Sequence record: MZ501075
Direction: 5' to 3' (one strand)
From: Escherichia phage IrisVonRoten
Length of the DNA: 64,000 bases
Below are positions 49,543 through 59,063 of the stretch, piece by piece. Position 1 is the stretch's first letter. Each line of letters begins with the position of its first letter. The notes under the pieces are model-generated. The model saw only the letters and a list, made by a program, of their open reading frames with translations. It made no database searches and was not told the DNA's origin. Made by a program: the position numbers and the translations under genes.

Positions 49543-49971
49543 TTAGGCAGTTAAACCCGGAATTTGATAACCAAAACGACGAAGTTTTTGGATACCATCA
49601 TTTACTTCTTCCGGTGAGTAAGACCAACCGTAATGTTCATTAATTTGAAAGCCTGGAGATTCACTGGTTTTATAATTAACAACAATACGGTGTTTATTGG
49701 GCATAAATAGCTTATAGTTTAATGCAAAAACCAAGCCCATTTCATCTAACTCTTTCCAGCCGACAATCTCTTCAAGACCATCCTCTACCTGCACAATTAA
49801 ACCAATACAGGGAGCTTCTTCAATCTCACCTTTAAAAGCAAAGGAGATTTCATTATTCTCACACCATATTTTCAGAGCATTAATAGCCTCATTGTACAGG
49901 TTGTCTGGAAGAGTACGCCAAAAATTAACCAATATTGGGTTAGCTTCTTTAGAGAATACATTATTGAACAT
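49543..49971 (-). CDS. hypothetical protein, tandem paralog B
   Basis: 142 aa; alignable with ORF 49142-49534 over ~90 residues. Confidence 0.4.
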   Translation of the reverse strand: MFNNVFSKEANPILVNFWRTLPDNLYNEAINALKIWCENNEISFAFKGEIEEAPCIGLIVQVEDGLEEIVGWKELDEMGLVFALNYKLFMPNKHRIVVNYKTSESPGFQINEHYGWSYSPEEVNDGIQKLRRFGYQIPGLTA

Positions 49972-49973
49972 AT

Positions 49974-50480
49974 TTACACCTTAAATTGTTGTAGGGCTTT
50001 ACACATTTCAAGATCTGGACTAAATTCTAACATATAGCTAACAGCTTTTAAATCTTGAAGATTTATTCCAGTTCTACCGTTGACTATAACCGTTGGATAC
50101 TGGTACATCATAGCACCAGCGTCATCCAGCACACACCAATGTTTGAGCTTATGCTTTTCAACAAAGCGAAGAACAGAATTACCCCTAGATAGCCCACCAC
50201 CAGTAAAATCCGTTGTACCAAGAAAACGATCGATAAGATCTAATCCGGTCATAATCTGAACGTTCTCCATCTCATTCCTAACAGAGAACCATGAAGATAC
50301 CCCAACAATCATTATTGGAGAAGGACTAATAAAGTCCTGAAAAGCCTTGAGAAGCGGTTTAAAAACCCAGTCACTTCCAAAGAAAATCTTTTCATCATCA
50401 GGTGCATGGTGATGGGAGATGCTCGAGTTGAGCACCCCATCAATATCTAGAAAAATAATTGGAGTATTACTTATTTCCAT
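49974..50480 (-). CDS. HAD-superfamily phosphatase-like protein
   Basis: 168 aa; N-terminal IIFLDIDGVLN (HAD motif I DxDGx). Confidence 0.45.
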   Translation of the reverse strand: MEISNTPIIFLDIDGVLNSSISHHHAPDDEKIFFGSDWVFKPLLKAFQDFISPSPIMIVGVSSWFSVRNEMENVQIMTGLDLIDRFLGTTDFTGGGLSRGNSVLRFVEKHKLKHWCVLDDAGAMMYQYPTVIVNGRTGINLQDLKAVSYMLEFSPDLEMCKALQQFKV

Positions 50481-50649
50481 TTTTGTTCCTTTCTAAGAAC
50501 GTATCATACTCAACTGTATCAACATATATGACACCATAGTCATCGGATTTATAGTCCATTTCCCATAGCTCACATCGATAGCACCAACTACCATCCGCCC
50601 ATACAAATATATCATCGGGATGTGTATATACAGATTTAACTATGGACAT
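50467..50649 (-). CDS. hypothetical small protein
   Basis: 60-aa ORF bridging the HAD and Sir2-like genes with overlaps. Confidence 0.25.
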   Translation of the reverse strand: MSIVKSVYTHPDDIFVWADGSWCYRCELWEMDYKSDDYGVIYVDTVEYDTFLERNKNGNK

Positions 50650-51464
50650 ATCTGTTTCCCCGGCATATAAGGTCTACCCTCTAGATGAGCTTCCACACGA
50701 GCAATAAAACCAGGGTCACTGAAAGCATCTACCGCACCTTTACTCCAGTAAGGAATACCACGATCTTCCAGTTGGTACATATCACTACGAGTCATACCTT
50801 GATAGCCTGGTTCCGCCGCTAAGGCACTATCGTAGTAGTTAACTACCATAAGTTTCGCAGCAGTCCGATTAAGAACAGGGAATAATTCCCAGTAGAAGTT
50901 AATTACTTGGTTAGAGCAACCAACCACCACAATCATATCTTGACTGGTAATACCATCAAAAACATTGTACATCTCAGCGTATGCTGGAGCACACTCCCCA
51001 AAGAAGATTACATTAGGTTTAACCCATTTATAATCATCAGGGTCAATAGAGCTATACCCAACATCAATAACTCGTTTATTACTACTATTGTAGCTATCAG
51101 CTACAACAACCTCTTTTAAATACCCGTGAATGTGCAGAATGTCACTATGTGGAACGCCAGCACGCTCAATAAGGTCATCAACGTTGGTAGTTAAGTTTAC
51201 TACTTGACCCGGATATTTCTTATACCATTCACCAATACGCAGGTGTGCAAGATTGGGCTCAACAGTTTCTAACTCTTCACGACGTTTGTTGTAAAACATG
51301 TGGGTTTTATGATAAAAGTTACCACGAAAGGCATGAATATTACATACCTCTTCTAAGTCATAATCATCCCACAATGCTTTACCACTAGCAGTATCAGTAC
51401 GAAAAGCTCGTACACCACTTTCAACACTCAAACCCGCACCGCTAATAATAATTAATCTACGCAC
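50640..51464 (-). CDS. Sir2-family (sirtuin-like) NAD-binding protein lacking the zinc-ribbon cysteines
   Basis: 274 aa; ISGAGLSVESGVRAFR, NLTTNVDDLIERAG, HIHG, VIFFGE, VVGCSNQV align with the canonical sirtuin motifs (as in CobB); no Cys pairs where the Zn module normally sits. Confidence 0.65.
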   Translation of the reverse strand: MRRLIIISGAGLSVESGVRAFRTDTASGKALWDDYDLEEVCNIHAFRGNFYHKTHMFYNKRREELETVEPNLAHLRIGEWYKKYPGQVVNLTTNVDDLIERAGVPHSDILHIHGYLKEVVVADSYNSSNKRVIDVGYSSIDPDDYKWVKPNVIFFGECAPAYAEMYNVFDGITSQDMIVVVGCSNQVINFYWELFPVLNRTAAKLMVVNYYDSALAAEPGYQGMTRSDMYQLEDRGIPYWSKGAVDAFSDPGFIARVEAHLEGRPYMPGKQICP

Positions 51465-51658
51465 TATACGATTCCTTGCTTAAATCCTTCGATAATATTT
51501 CGGAGTAAAATTGCTTCCTCCGGGCGTACCTTTTCTTGTTTAATAAGCATATCCAATCTAGCAATACAAGTAGCTACACCAGCATTATAACCAAAGTTCC
51601 ACTGCTCAATAAGCATGTTTTCTGGATTACTTTTTAGATTCTGATTCAAGAAGTCCAT
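51464..51658 (-). CDS. hypothetical small protein
   Basis: 64-aa ORF. Confidence 0.25.
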   Translation of the reverse strand: MDFLNQNLKSNPENMLIEQWNFGYNAGVATCIARLDMLIKQEKVRPEEAILLRNIIEGFKQGIV

Positions 51659-51830
51659 AAAGTTTCTCCTCTAGTTCCATAACACGATTTTCATAAGAAG
51701 CACGCAACTTTTCAATTGCCAGTGCACGCACTGTAACCTCATTAGAATTAATAGCTAGTTGGGCCAGATCTTCTGTTTCCATACGTCCGTTGTAAATTAA
51801 GCGATATTTAAGATGTTTTACGTTTTTCAT
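51627..51830 (-). CDS. hypothetical small protein
   Basis: 67-aa ORF. Confidence 0.25.
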   Translation of the reverse strand: MKNVKHLKYRLIYNGRMETEDLAQLAINSNEVTVRALAIEKLRASYENRVMELEEKLYGLLESESKK

Positions 51831-51895
51831 TCTTGTTCCTCAAACATTTCAATTTCTGCATTAGCAATAGAAAGGGCGGGCTCAGATAAGCACAA

Positions 51896-52039
51896 TCACG
51901 CCCTAAGATCAATCTTCTCTTCGTCCATCCAAGTATTTACTAAACATAATTTAGTTATACCCTCACGGAGAATGGAACCATATGCCCCAGAATCCATAAT
52001 AAAATAGATACGTTCTTTATCTACCTTGTGAACTCTCAT
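51896..52039 (-). CDS. small ORF (47 aa) directly behind an early promoter, not in the ORF track
   Basis: hand translation MRVHKVDKERIYFIMDSGAYGSILREGITKLCLVNTWMDEEKIDLRA; strong RBS GAGAGGAGAAAG; coordinates approximate to within a few nt. Confidence 0.35.
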   Translation of the reverse strand: MRVHKVDKERIYFIMDSGAYGSILREGITKLCLVNTWMDEEKIDLRA

Positions 52040-52067
52040 ATCTTTCTCCTCTCAAATTTATAAATCT

Positions 52068-52096
52068 ATTATATATAAATTTTTGGCTGAAAGCAA
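52068..52096 (-). promoter_or_regulatory. T5 early-type promoter
   Basis: minus-sense TTGCTT-N17-TATAAT followed by AGATTTATAAATTTGAGAGGAGA. Confidence 0.55.
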
Positions 52097-52138
52097 ATAA
52101 AATAAAAGCCAGGTCGACTAGCAACCCGGCTGATTAGC

Positions 52139-54013
52139 TTATTTAGCTCGAATATCCTGATGTTTCACCCTGCCCATAACCTCGTGCTGTTTGCCGGGGT
52201 TAAATGGACGAGCACCTGGATTTCCAAGATACCCACAAACTCGACGAGTTACTTCAAGAGTTTCGGGGTCATGATTACCACAGATAGGGCACTTAAACCC
52301 ATCTTCGGATGCTACTGTTTCACCTAAGAATCCACATTTACCGCAAGAATCCACTGGAGTATTAATACCGAAGTAATGAACTTTACTAGCAGCATAATTA
52401 ATAACCCATTCCAGTGCATCTGGGAATCGTTTCATATCTGGTAGTTCTACATAGGAAATACACCCACCAGAAGCAATAGGAGTAAAGTTAGATTCATAAT
52501 CAAATTTCACGTTAGGAGCAACTTTACGTTCCACATCAAGGTGGTGAGAGTTGGTGTAGTATCCTTTGGACAGAATATCTTCATGCTCCGGGAAATATTC
52601 ACGGTCTAGACGACAAAAGCGATCACATAGGGACTCTGATGGTGTAGCATACAGGCTATAACCTAACTTAGTCTCTTCCTTCTTCTGATCGACCCTATCC
52701 CGCATGTACTGCAATACACGCTGAACAAACTTGATGCAGGTCTCAGACATTGTATCTACATCTTTGCCAAACATGAACTGTAGCATTTCATGGCAACCAA
52801 TATACCCCAGAGATACAGAAGCACGGTTATAGAAATGATCGAATACATATTCATCCGGCCCTAAGCGTAGTCCAAAGGCTCCTGACATATAGAGGATGGG
52901 TGCGGCTTTAGCTTGAATGTACTTTAAGCGATCAACTCTCCACTCCAATGCTTTTAACGCTGTATCCACACGTAGCTCGAGCAAATCAAAGAATAGATCA
53001 ATATTCCCTTCAGCTTCGATAGCAATTCTAGGCAGGTTTACAGAAACAACACCTAAGTTATTACGACCTGCAGTTTCACCATCTTCTGTAGCAGCCAGGA
53101 ATGAACGGCAGCCCATAGAAACTTTATAGTCACCAGTAACTTCCACAACCTTATCGTAGCTGATATAGTCGGGATACATACGTTCAGCAGTACATTTCAT
53201 AGCTAACTTCTTGACGTCATAATTAACATCTCCTGGCTTCATATTTACGCCATCACGCAGAACAAACACCAGTTTCGGGAAGATAGCTGTACGTTTATTG
53301 ATACCTAAACCATCCATGCGTACTTTCAGTATTGCTTTCTGTACTAGACGTGCTTCCCAAGAAGTTCCTAGACCAAAACCAAAGGTAATAAATGGACTCT
53401 GACCATTAGAGTTGAACATGGTATTGATTTCATATTCTAAACCCTGACAAGCGTCATAGACTTCTTTTTCAGTCATCTCCGTAGCCATTACGGATGCTTT
53501 GGCTTCATCCTTAGTCCAACGTTTTGCAAACGCATGATTTTTGTCATAGGATTTACGAACATAAGGGGCTAATACTTCATCAAGGCGATCTACAGAAGTA
53601 CCACCATACTGATGGGAGCTAACCTGAGTGATAATCTGAGCAGTAATAGCCGCCGCAGTAGTGATAGAGTTTGGAGTGCTAATTTCAGCATTACCAACCT
53701 TCATACCATTCTTCAACATATCTTCCAAAGCTACCAGACAACAGTTAGTCATACCTAATGCAGCATAATCAGCATCATGGAAATGAATATCTCCAATCAT
53801 ATGAGCATTTCGAATCTGAATTGGCATTTCTTCTAGAATCAGATATTTACTTAACTCCCCTGCAAGCATATCCCTTTGTGTAGGGAAACGCTCAGAGGGT
53901 TTATTCGCATTATTAAAGAGAAGCTCTTCATCAGCAGAACCCTCAATAATTTCTTTGCAGTTTCTAATCAAGGACTGCATTTCCTTGTATTTTAGTTCAT
54001 CATTGCGATTCAT
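52139..54013 (-). CDS. nrdD: anaerobic ribonucleoside-triphosphate reductase
   Basis: 624 aa; C-terminal glycyl-radical motif RRVCGYLG and Zn-site cysteines (CGKCG, CPICG). Confidence 0.9.
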   Translation of the reverse strand: MNRNDELKYKEMQSLIRNCKEIIEGSADEELLFNNANKPSERFPTQRDMLAGELSKYLILEEMPIQIRNAHMIGDIHFHDADYAALGMTNCCLVALEDMLKNGMKVGNAEISTPNSITTAAAITAQIITQVSSHQYGGTSVDRLDEVLAPYVRKSYDKNHAFAKRWTKDEAKASVMATEMTEKEVYDACQGLEYEINTMFNSNGQSPFITFGFGLGTSWEARLVQKAILKVRMDGLGINKRTAIFPKLVFVLRDGVNMKPGDVNYDVKKLAMKCTAERMYPDYISYDKVVEVTGDYKVSMGCRSFLAATEDGETAGRNNLGVVSVNLPRIAIEAEGNIDLFFDLLELRVDTALKALEWRVDRLKYIQAKAAPILYMSGAFGLRLGPDEYVFDHFYNRASVSLGYIGCHEMLQFMFGKDVDTMSETCIKFVQRVLQYMRDRVDQKKEETKLGYSLYATPSESLCDRFCRLDREYFPEHEDILSKGYYTNSHHLDVERKVAPNVKFDYESNFTPIASGGCISYVELPDMKRFPDALEWVINYAASKVHYFGINTPVDSCGKCGFLGETVASEDGFKCPICGNHDPETLEVTRRVCGYLGNPGARPFNPGKQHEVMGRVKHQDIRAK

Positions 54014-54043
54014 TATACTCTCCTTCTCTAACTAAGACTACTA

Positions 54044-54072
54044 TTATAGCTTATTCAAGGGCAAATGTCAAT
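54044..54072 (-). promoter_or_regulatory. consensus sigma70 promoter for nrdD
   Basis: minus-sense TTGACA-N17-TATAAT, then RBS GAGAAGGAGAG before the nrdD ATG. Confidence 0.6.
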
Positions 54073-54140
54073 ATAATTTTTCTCTTAGATATTGTATTTT
54101 GATCTGTGCTAAAAGGTTAGCAAATTGTTAAAAAATTTAT

Positions 54141-54169
54141 TTGCTATTTTGTACTTAAAATAGTATAAT
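54141..54169 (+). promoter_or_regulatory. T5 early-type promoter (upstream member of tandem pair)
   Basis: TTGCTA-N17-TATAAT. Confidence 0.45.
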
Positions 54170-54281
54170 CACGCGCCTATGTACGCGGTATAAAATGATT
54201 ATCTAATACCATACATTTCCCATTAAAAGCAAGCAAATTTTTTATTTAAATGCAATATCATAGGCTTATTTAAAATTGTAG

Positions 54282-54310
54282 TTGCTTTTTACTGTATATA
54301 CTGGTATAAT
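54282..54310 (+). promoter_or_regulatory. T5 early-type promoter for phoH
   Basis: TTGCTT-N17-TATAAT followed by GTAAGTTGATAAACAAG leader and RBS TAGGAG. Confidence 0.55.
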
Positions 54311-54383
54311 ATATTTGTAAGTTGATAAACAAGATCTTTTTGTTGATCCTCTGTTAGCGAAGTACACTATAGGAGTGTTATTT

Positions 54384-55136
54384 ATGGGAAAAGCACGTCA
54401 AAAAAGAGAGAACCGCAATGGTTCAAGAAAGCGTGGCAACAAATATGAGAATAACGTAATTCAGGCTGATTTTTCTAATGATTACGCTAACCCAGTTGCT
54501 AAATCCCTAGTAGGTAAAAACCGAGAGCAAAAATCATATATCAATATGATCAAGAACAACACAGTGACTGTGGGTATCGGTGAGCCAGGTACTGGTAAAA
54601 CCTTTATCCCGTCTGTTCTTGCAGCTCAGGAACTCGTAGACATTCACTCAGATATTGAGCAAGTGATCCTCGTACGTCCTAACGAACCTCTAGGTAAGTC
54701 TCTTGGTATGCTTCCTGGTGACCTAGCAGAAAAGCTAGAGCCTTGGTTAGAGCCAATAGCTGATGGTATGAAATGGGCCATCGGTGATCATGCCTATAAG
54801 GGATATGTCGAACGTCAGAAAATTAAATTTTTGGCTATAGAACATGCTCGTGGCAGAACTTTCAACAACTCCTATGTAATTGTCGATGAAGCTCAGAATA
54901 TTTCCGTTGAGGCAATGGTTTGTCTCCTAACTCGTGTAGGACAAGACTGCCGTTTAATTATCTGCGGGGATATAGCTCAAAAAGACATTAAAGGTGACTC
55001 AGGTCTAGCACTTCTTATGGAAGTTTATGAGAAATATGAAAATGCTCCATTCTCAATGATCGAATTAATTGATAACGTTCGTTCTGCTGAGTCTAAAGCA
55101 TTCTACGATATTTTTAAAGACATGGGGAAGGTGTAA
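54384..55136 (+). CDS. phoH: PhoH-like ATPase
   Basis: Walker A GIGEPGTGKTF, Walker B VIVDEAQN; ATG 54384 with RBS (track ORF begins at 54375). Confidence 0.8.
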   Translation: MGKARQKRENRNGSRKRGNKYENNVIQADFSNDYANPVAKSLVGKNREQKSYINMIKNNTVTVGIGEPGTGKTFIPSVLAAQELVDIHSDIEQVILVRPNEPLGKSLGMLPGDLAEKLEPWLEPIADGMKWAIGDHAYKGYVERQKIKFLAIEHARGRTFNNSYVIVDEAQNISVEAMVCLLTRVGQDCRLIICGDIAQKDIKGDSGLALLMEVYEKYENAPFSMIELIDNVRSAESKAFYDIFKDMGKV

Positions 55137-55137
55137 T

Positions 55138-55335
55138 ATGGGAGACGTTGTACATCTACACCGAAAAACTAAAATACATCGTACTTCACTGAGTGCTGCT
55201 AATATGATTACACGTAAGGAAGGGGAAGAAAGTCCTAAGACTACCCTAGCGTGGAAAATTGTAACCTCAAATCCAAATCGGCCCTTCAATTATAATGAAC
55301 TAAGTACCTCAATAGATATTCTGCTGAGAACTTAA
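55138..55335 (+). CDS. hypothetical small protein
   Basis: ~65 aa from ATG 55138 immediately after phoH stop. Confidence 0.25.
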   Translation: MGDVVHLHRKTKIHRTSLSAANMITRKEGEESPKTTLAWKIVTSNPNRPFNYNELSTSIDILLRT

Positions 55336-55476
55336 GTGGCCAAAAACTAGACTGACAACACAGAAGGCCTGGGTATGAAAATACTCGGGCCTTTTCTATC
55401 AGAAAATTTTATTTGCCAAATGACTGAGAATAAAGTAGAATATTCCTTAAATCCTGATAACTATAAAAAGGAAAAC

Positions 55477-57810
55477 CAAATGAGCCATCGCATTGAAAAA
55501 GTAATTAAACGTGACGGTACTGTAGAAGACTTTGCTCCTGAAAAACTCAATGGTTGGGCAGAGTATGGTTGCAAAACAGTTGATGTAAGTTGGTCAGCCA
55601 TTACTATGGCTGCTCAAAAAACTCTGCCTAAAGGGGTTGTAGATTCCGACACTCTGATGGATGCTTTAATTAAGGCTGCTGAAAGTCTTATCAAAGATAA
55701 TCCAGCATACGACGTGCCAGCAAAGGAATTACGTCTTGCGCAAATGCGTAAACGCCTTTATGATTCCTTCGAACCACCTTCTCTGCGCTTTTTCCACGAT
55801 CATATGGTTAGTGTAGGTGCATGGGAAGACATGAGTGCATGGATTACCAATGAGCAATTTGAAGCTCTGAATCAGGTTATCGACCATGATCGCGACCGTC
55901 TTTTCACTAGCGGAGGATTGAAACAATTCTTTGATAAGTATTCTCGTCGTAATATCGCAACTGGCGAAATTTACGAAACCCCGCAATTTGCCTATATGGG
56001 TATGGCAATGGCGATGTTATCTCAACCTAATTGGACAATTCTAGATGCAATCGACCTCTACAACGCAATGTCGCTACACAAAATCAACGTTCCTACGCCG
56101 CCATTGGTTGGCTTGCGCTCTAGTGACCGTGGATTTGCTAGTTGCTGCCTCGTGGATTCCACTGACACGTTGGATTCAATCGACACAGCCGAGCACATCG
56201 TCTTCAAAATGGTCGCAGCCAGAGCGGGAATCGGGTATCATCTTGAAAGCCGATCAATTGCTGATCCGGTGCGAAATGGGGCATTCCCGCATTCCGGAAA
56301 ACTGCCATATTATCGACACATTGACCGATCAGTAAAGGCTAATACTCAGCAAACTCGTGGCGGTTCTGCTACAGTGTCTTATCCTTACTTTGACCCTGAA
56401 ATCATTCAGTTGATGCAGGTTAAGCAACAACGTGCTACAGATGAGAATAAAATCGATAAGATGGATTATTCTCTGAGCTTCAACAATCTTTTGTTAAAAC
56501 GTTATCTGAAAAATGAAGATATTACGCTAATGTCATACTTCTATGCTCCAGAAGTTCATGAAGCGTTTTATAGTGATGACGAGGCTAAATTTGAAGAAAT
56601 CTATGTGGCAGCGGAGAAACGTGTGGCATCTCTTACAAAGATCGACCACGAAGGAAAAACAGTTCCAGCAGCTCCTAAAGTCTCTGCAAAAGAAATCCTA
56701 GATACTTGGCTACGTATCCGAATGGAAACAGGACGTATGTATGCTCACCACATCGGGGAATCTAATCGTCATGGTAACTTCCTTGATCCGATCCGTATGA
56801 CAAACCTTTGTGTTGAAATTACTCAGCCTACACGCCCATTCCACCACATTACAGAGCTGTATAAAACAAAAGAACAACTTGATCAAATGAAGCCGGAGGA
56901 TATTGGGGAAGTATCTCTGTGTAACTTAGGTGGTGTTGTACTAGGACGCATGGAATCTCTGGCTGAGTGGGAAAAGACTTGCTATATTCTTCTGAAATTC
57001 GTTGATACCATCATTGAAATTCAGGACTATCCGTTCCCAACTATGGAATATACAGCTAAGAAACGTCGTAACGTTGGTATTGGCCTTATGAACGCAGCAG
57101 GTGCAATGGCAGCAGAAGGTCTGGCTTATGAAGGCGTTGAAGCACGTAACTGGATCCATCGTGAAGCTGAAAAACTGTCCTACTTCCTGCATAAAGCTTC
57201 TGTACGTCTGGCTAAAGAACAAGGTGCATGTGAATGGTTTAATCGTACTAAACCATCTAAAGGAACTCTGGTAATCGATACGTATAAGAAAACTGTTGAT
57301 GAGCTGGTATCAGTAGGCCTAGAAATGGATTGGGAATCTCTGCGTGCAGATATTCTGAAATACGGTATGCGTAACTCTGTTCTGACGGCACAGATGCCGG
57401 GAGAAAGTTCTTCCGTTCTGTTAGGGGTTACTAACTCTATTGAACCACCTCGTAAGATTGTATCTATCAAGGGTAGTGCAGTGAATAAAGTAATTGCAAT
57501 TGCTCCCGGTGCAACCGATTGGGAAACTTTAATGAGCTATAAACTGGCTTATGATGTGGATCGTATTGAATGGATCAAATGGGTAGCAACTATGCAGAAA
57601 TTCTTCAGCCAGTCTATCAGTACTAATATGTACTACGACTACACCAAGTTTGAGAATGAAATCATTCCTGGCCCAGTAGTAGTTCGTGATTTCATGACTG
57701 CTGTTAAATATGGTTGGAAGACTTGGTACTACGCAAACTTCAACACTGCGAATGGTGGAGGAGCGGGTGAAGAAGCAGCGGGTTGTGCTTCTGGTGGTTG
57801 CCAGTTGTAA
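55477..57810 (+). CDS. nrdA: ribonucleotide reductase class Ia large subunit
   Basis: N-terminal ATP-cone (VIKRDGTVEDF); catalytic-site region (NLCVEI) and C-terminal Cys pair; ATG 55477 with RBS AAGGAAA (track ORF begins at 55375). Confidence 0.9.
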   Translation, partial: QMSHRIEKVIKRDGTVEDFAPEKLNGWAEYGCKTVDVSWSAITMAAQKTLPKGVVDSDTLMDALIKAAESLIKDNPAYDVPAKELRLAQMRKRLYDSFEPPSLRFFHDHMVSVGAWEDMSAWITNEQFEALNQVIDHDRDRLFTSGGLKQFFDKYSRRNIATGEIYETPQFAYMGMAMAMLSQPNWTILDAIDLYNAMSLHKINVPTPPLVGLRSSDRGFASCCLVDSTDTLDSIDTAEHIVFKMVAARAGIGYHLESRSIADPVRNGAFPHSGKLPYYRHIDRSVKANTQQTRGGSATVSYPYFDPEIIQLMQVKQQRATDENKIDKMDYSLSFNNLLLKRYLKNEDITLMSYFYAPEVHEAFYSDDEAKFEEIYVAAEKRVASLTKIDHEGKTVPAAPKVSAKEILDTWLRIRMETGRMYAHHIGESNRHGNFLDPIRMTNLCVEITQPTRPFHHITELYKTKEQLDQMKPEDIGEVSLCNLGGVVLGRMESLAEWEKTCYILLKFVDTIIEIQDYPFPTMEYTAKKRRNVGIGLMNAAGAMAAEGLAYEGVEARNWIHREAEKLSYFLHKASVRLAKEQGACEWFNRTKPSKGTLVIDTYKKTVDELVSVGLEMDWESLRADILKYGMRNSVLTAQMPGESSSVLLGVTNSIEPPRKIVSIKGSAVNKVIAIAPGATDWETLMSYKLAYDVDRIEWIKWVATMQKFFSQSISTNMYYDYTKFENEIIPGPVVVRDFMTAVKYGWKTWYYANFNTANGGGAGEEAAGCASGGCQL

Positions 57811-57820
57811 TAAAAGACAA

Positions 57821-57846
57821 GGAGATCTTCGGGTCTCCTTTTTCTT
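57821..57846 (+). terminator. rho-independent terminator after nrdA
   Basis: GGAGAUC-UUCG-GGUCUCC (one G-U pair) followed by TTTTTCTTT. Confidence 0.7.
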
Positions 57847-57857
57847 TGAAATTTTAC

Positions 57858-57886
57858 TTGCTAATCGCTACCTGATTTGCTATAAT
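57858..57886 (+). promoter_or_regulatory. T5 early-type promoter for nrdB
   Basis: TTGCTA-N17-TATAAT, RBS GAGAAAGAGGAAA. Confidence 0.55.
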
Positions 57887-57917
57887 ATTCCTGAAATAGT
57901 GAGAAAGAGGAAAATCA

Positions 57918-59063
57918 ATGACTACTTTACTAAACCTGAATTGGGATCATACTAACGCTGATCTTTTCCTGGGCGATTCTCTAGGTATCGCAGATTATGT
58001 ACGTGTAGCACATCCAGAACTAGAACGTCTGGCACTTCTGCAACGCTCTCAATTTTGGACTGAGACAGAAATCAGTTTAGAAGCTGATAAGAAACAATGG
58101 CCTAACCTCCCACGTGAAATTCAGGAAATTACACTTCTGAATTTAGCATGGCAGACTCAAACTGATTCCTTTATCAGTCGAGCGCCTGAAGCAGCTATTA
58201 TGCCACTTGTAAGTCGTCCAGAACTAGAGGGTATGCTCAAGCAGTGGAGCTACTTTGAAGACCTGCATAGTCGTGCTTATAGTAATATTATTCGTAATGT
58301 GCTGACTGATCCAGCAGAATTTATTGATTCTGTAACTAAAAACCAAGAAGCATTTGCACGTATTGCAGATTCTGTTGAACTGTTCGATGAACTGTACCAG
58401 TTAGGTCAGTATTTCATCGCAGTACGTGATCATCGTGGTGACAATACATATCCAGAAACTGAGTTCCCTGAAGTTAAGCGTGAAACTCAGGCTAAACTGT
58501 TAGATGCTTATTTTGCAATCTACGGTCTGGAAGCAATGCAGTTCTACGCATCCTTTGCGTGTACTTTTGCTCTAGCAGAGAACGATATTCTGCAGGGTAT
58601 TGCTAAAAATCTGCAATTAATCGCTAAAGATGAGGCTCTGCACACCCAGATGTCTAAAGCAATCATCCAGATTATGTTCCAGCAGTTTGACAAAGATCTG
58701 GTAGATGAAGCAGTGGCTAAAGCACCAGCACAGCTCCTGAAAACTCTGAAAACTGAAATTGAATGGGGTCATTTCATCTTCAAAGGTCGTAGTCTAATCG
58801 GTTTGAATGCAGAACTTCTAGAAGAATACTTGTACTTTGTGGGGCGTAATGCATTTATGCACATTGGTGTAGAATGGCCTAGTCACTTACCAGTAATCAC
58901 TAAAAACCCTATTCCGTGGATCATGAACTGGTTGGATACTACTTCTCTACAGCCTGCTCCACAAGAAATCCAGATTGGCGCAGCCTACCGTGTAGGTCAG
59001 GTAACTGAGACCTCTACTGATACTCTGAAAGATCTGGGCAATGAATTTGGAGATTTCCTATGA
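57918..59063 (+). CDS. nrdB: ribonucleotide reductase class Ia small subunit
   Basis: 381 aa; di-iron/tyrosyl radical protein family features; follows nrdA. Confidence 0.9.
   Translation: MTTLLNLNWDHTNADLFLGDSLGIADYVRVAHPELERLALLQRSQFWTETEISLEADKKQWPNLPREIQEITLLNLAWQTQTDSFISRAPEAAIMPLVSRPELEGMLKQWSYFEDLHSRAYSNIIRNVLTDPAEFIDSVTKNQEAFARIADSVELFDELYQLGQYFIAVRDHRGDNTYPETEFPEVKRETQAKLLDAYFAIYGLEAMQFYASFACTFALAENDILQGIAKNLQLIAKDEALHTQMSKAIIQIMFQQFDKDLVDEAVAKAPAQLLKTLKTEIEWGHFIFKGRSLIGLNAELLEEYLYFVGRNAFMHIGVEWPSHLPVITKNPIPWIMNWLDTTSLQPAPQEIQIGAAYRVGQVTETSTDTLKDLGNEFGDFL

Noticed and set aside
55336-55476. Terminator-like hairpin AAGGCC..GGCCTT between the small ORF and nrdA
   Set aside because: Loop of ~18 nt and short stem make it weak; an adjacent promoter-like TTTGCC-N18-TAGAAT is also only a partial match. 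Left unannotated.
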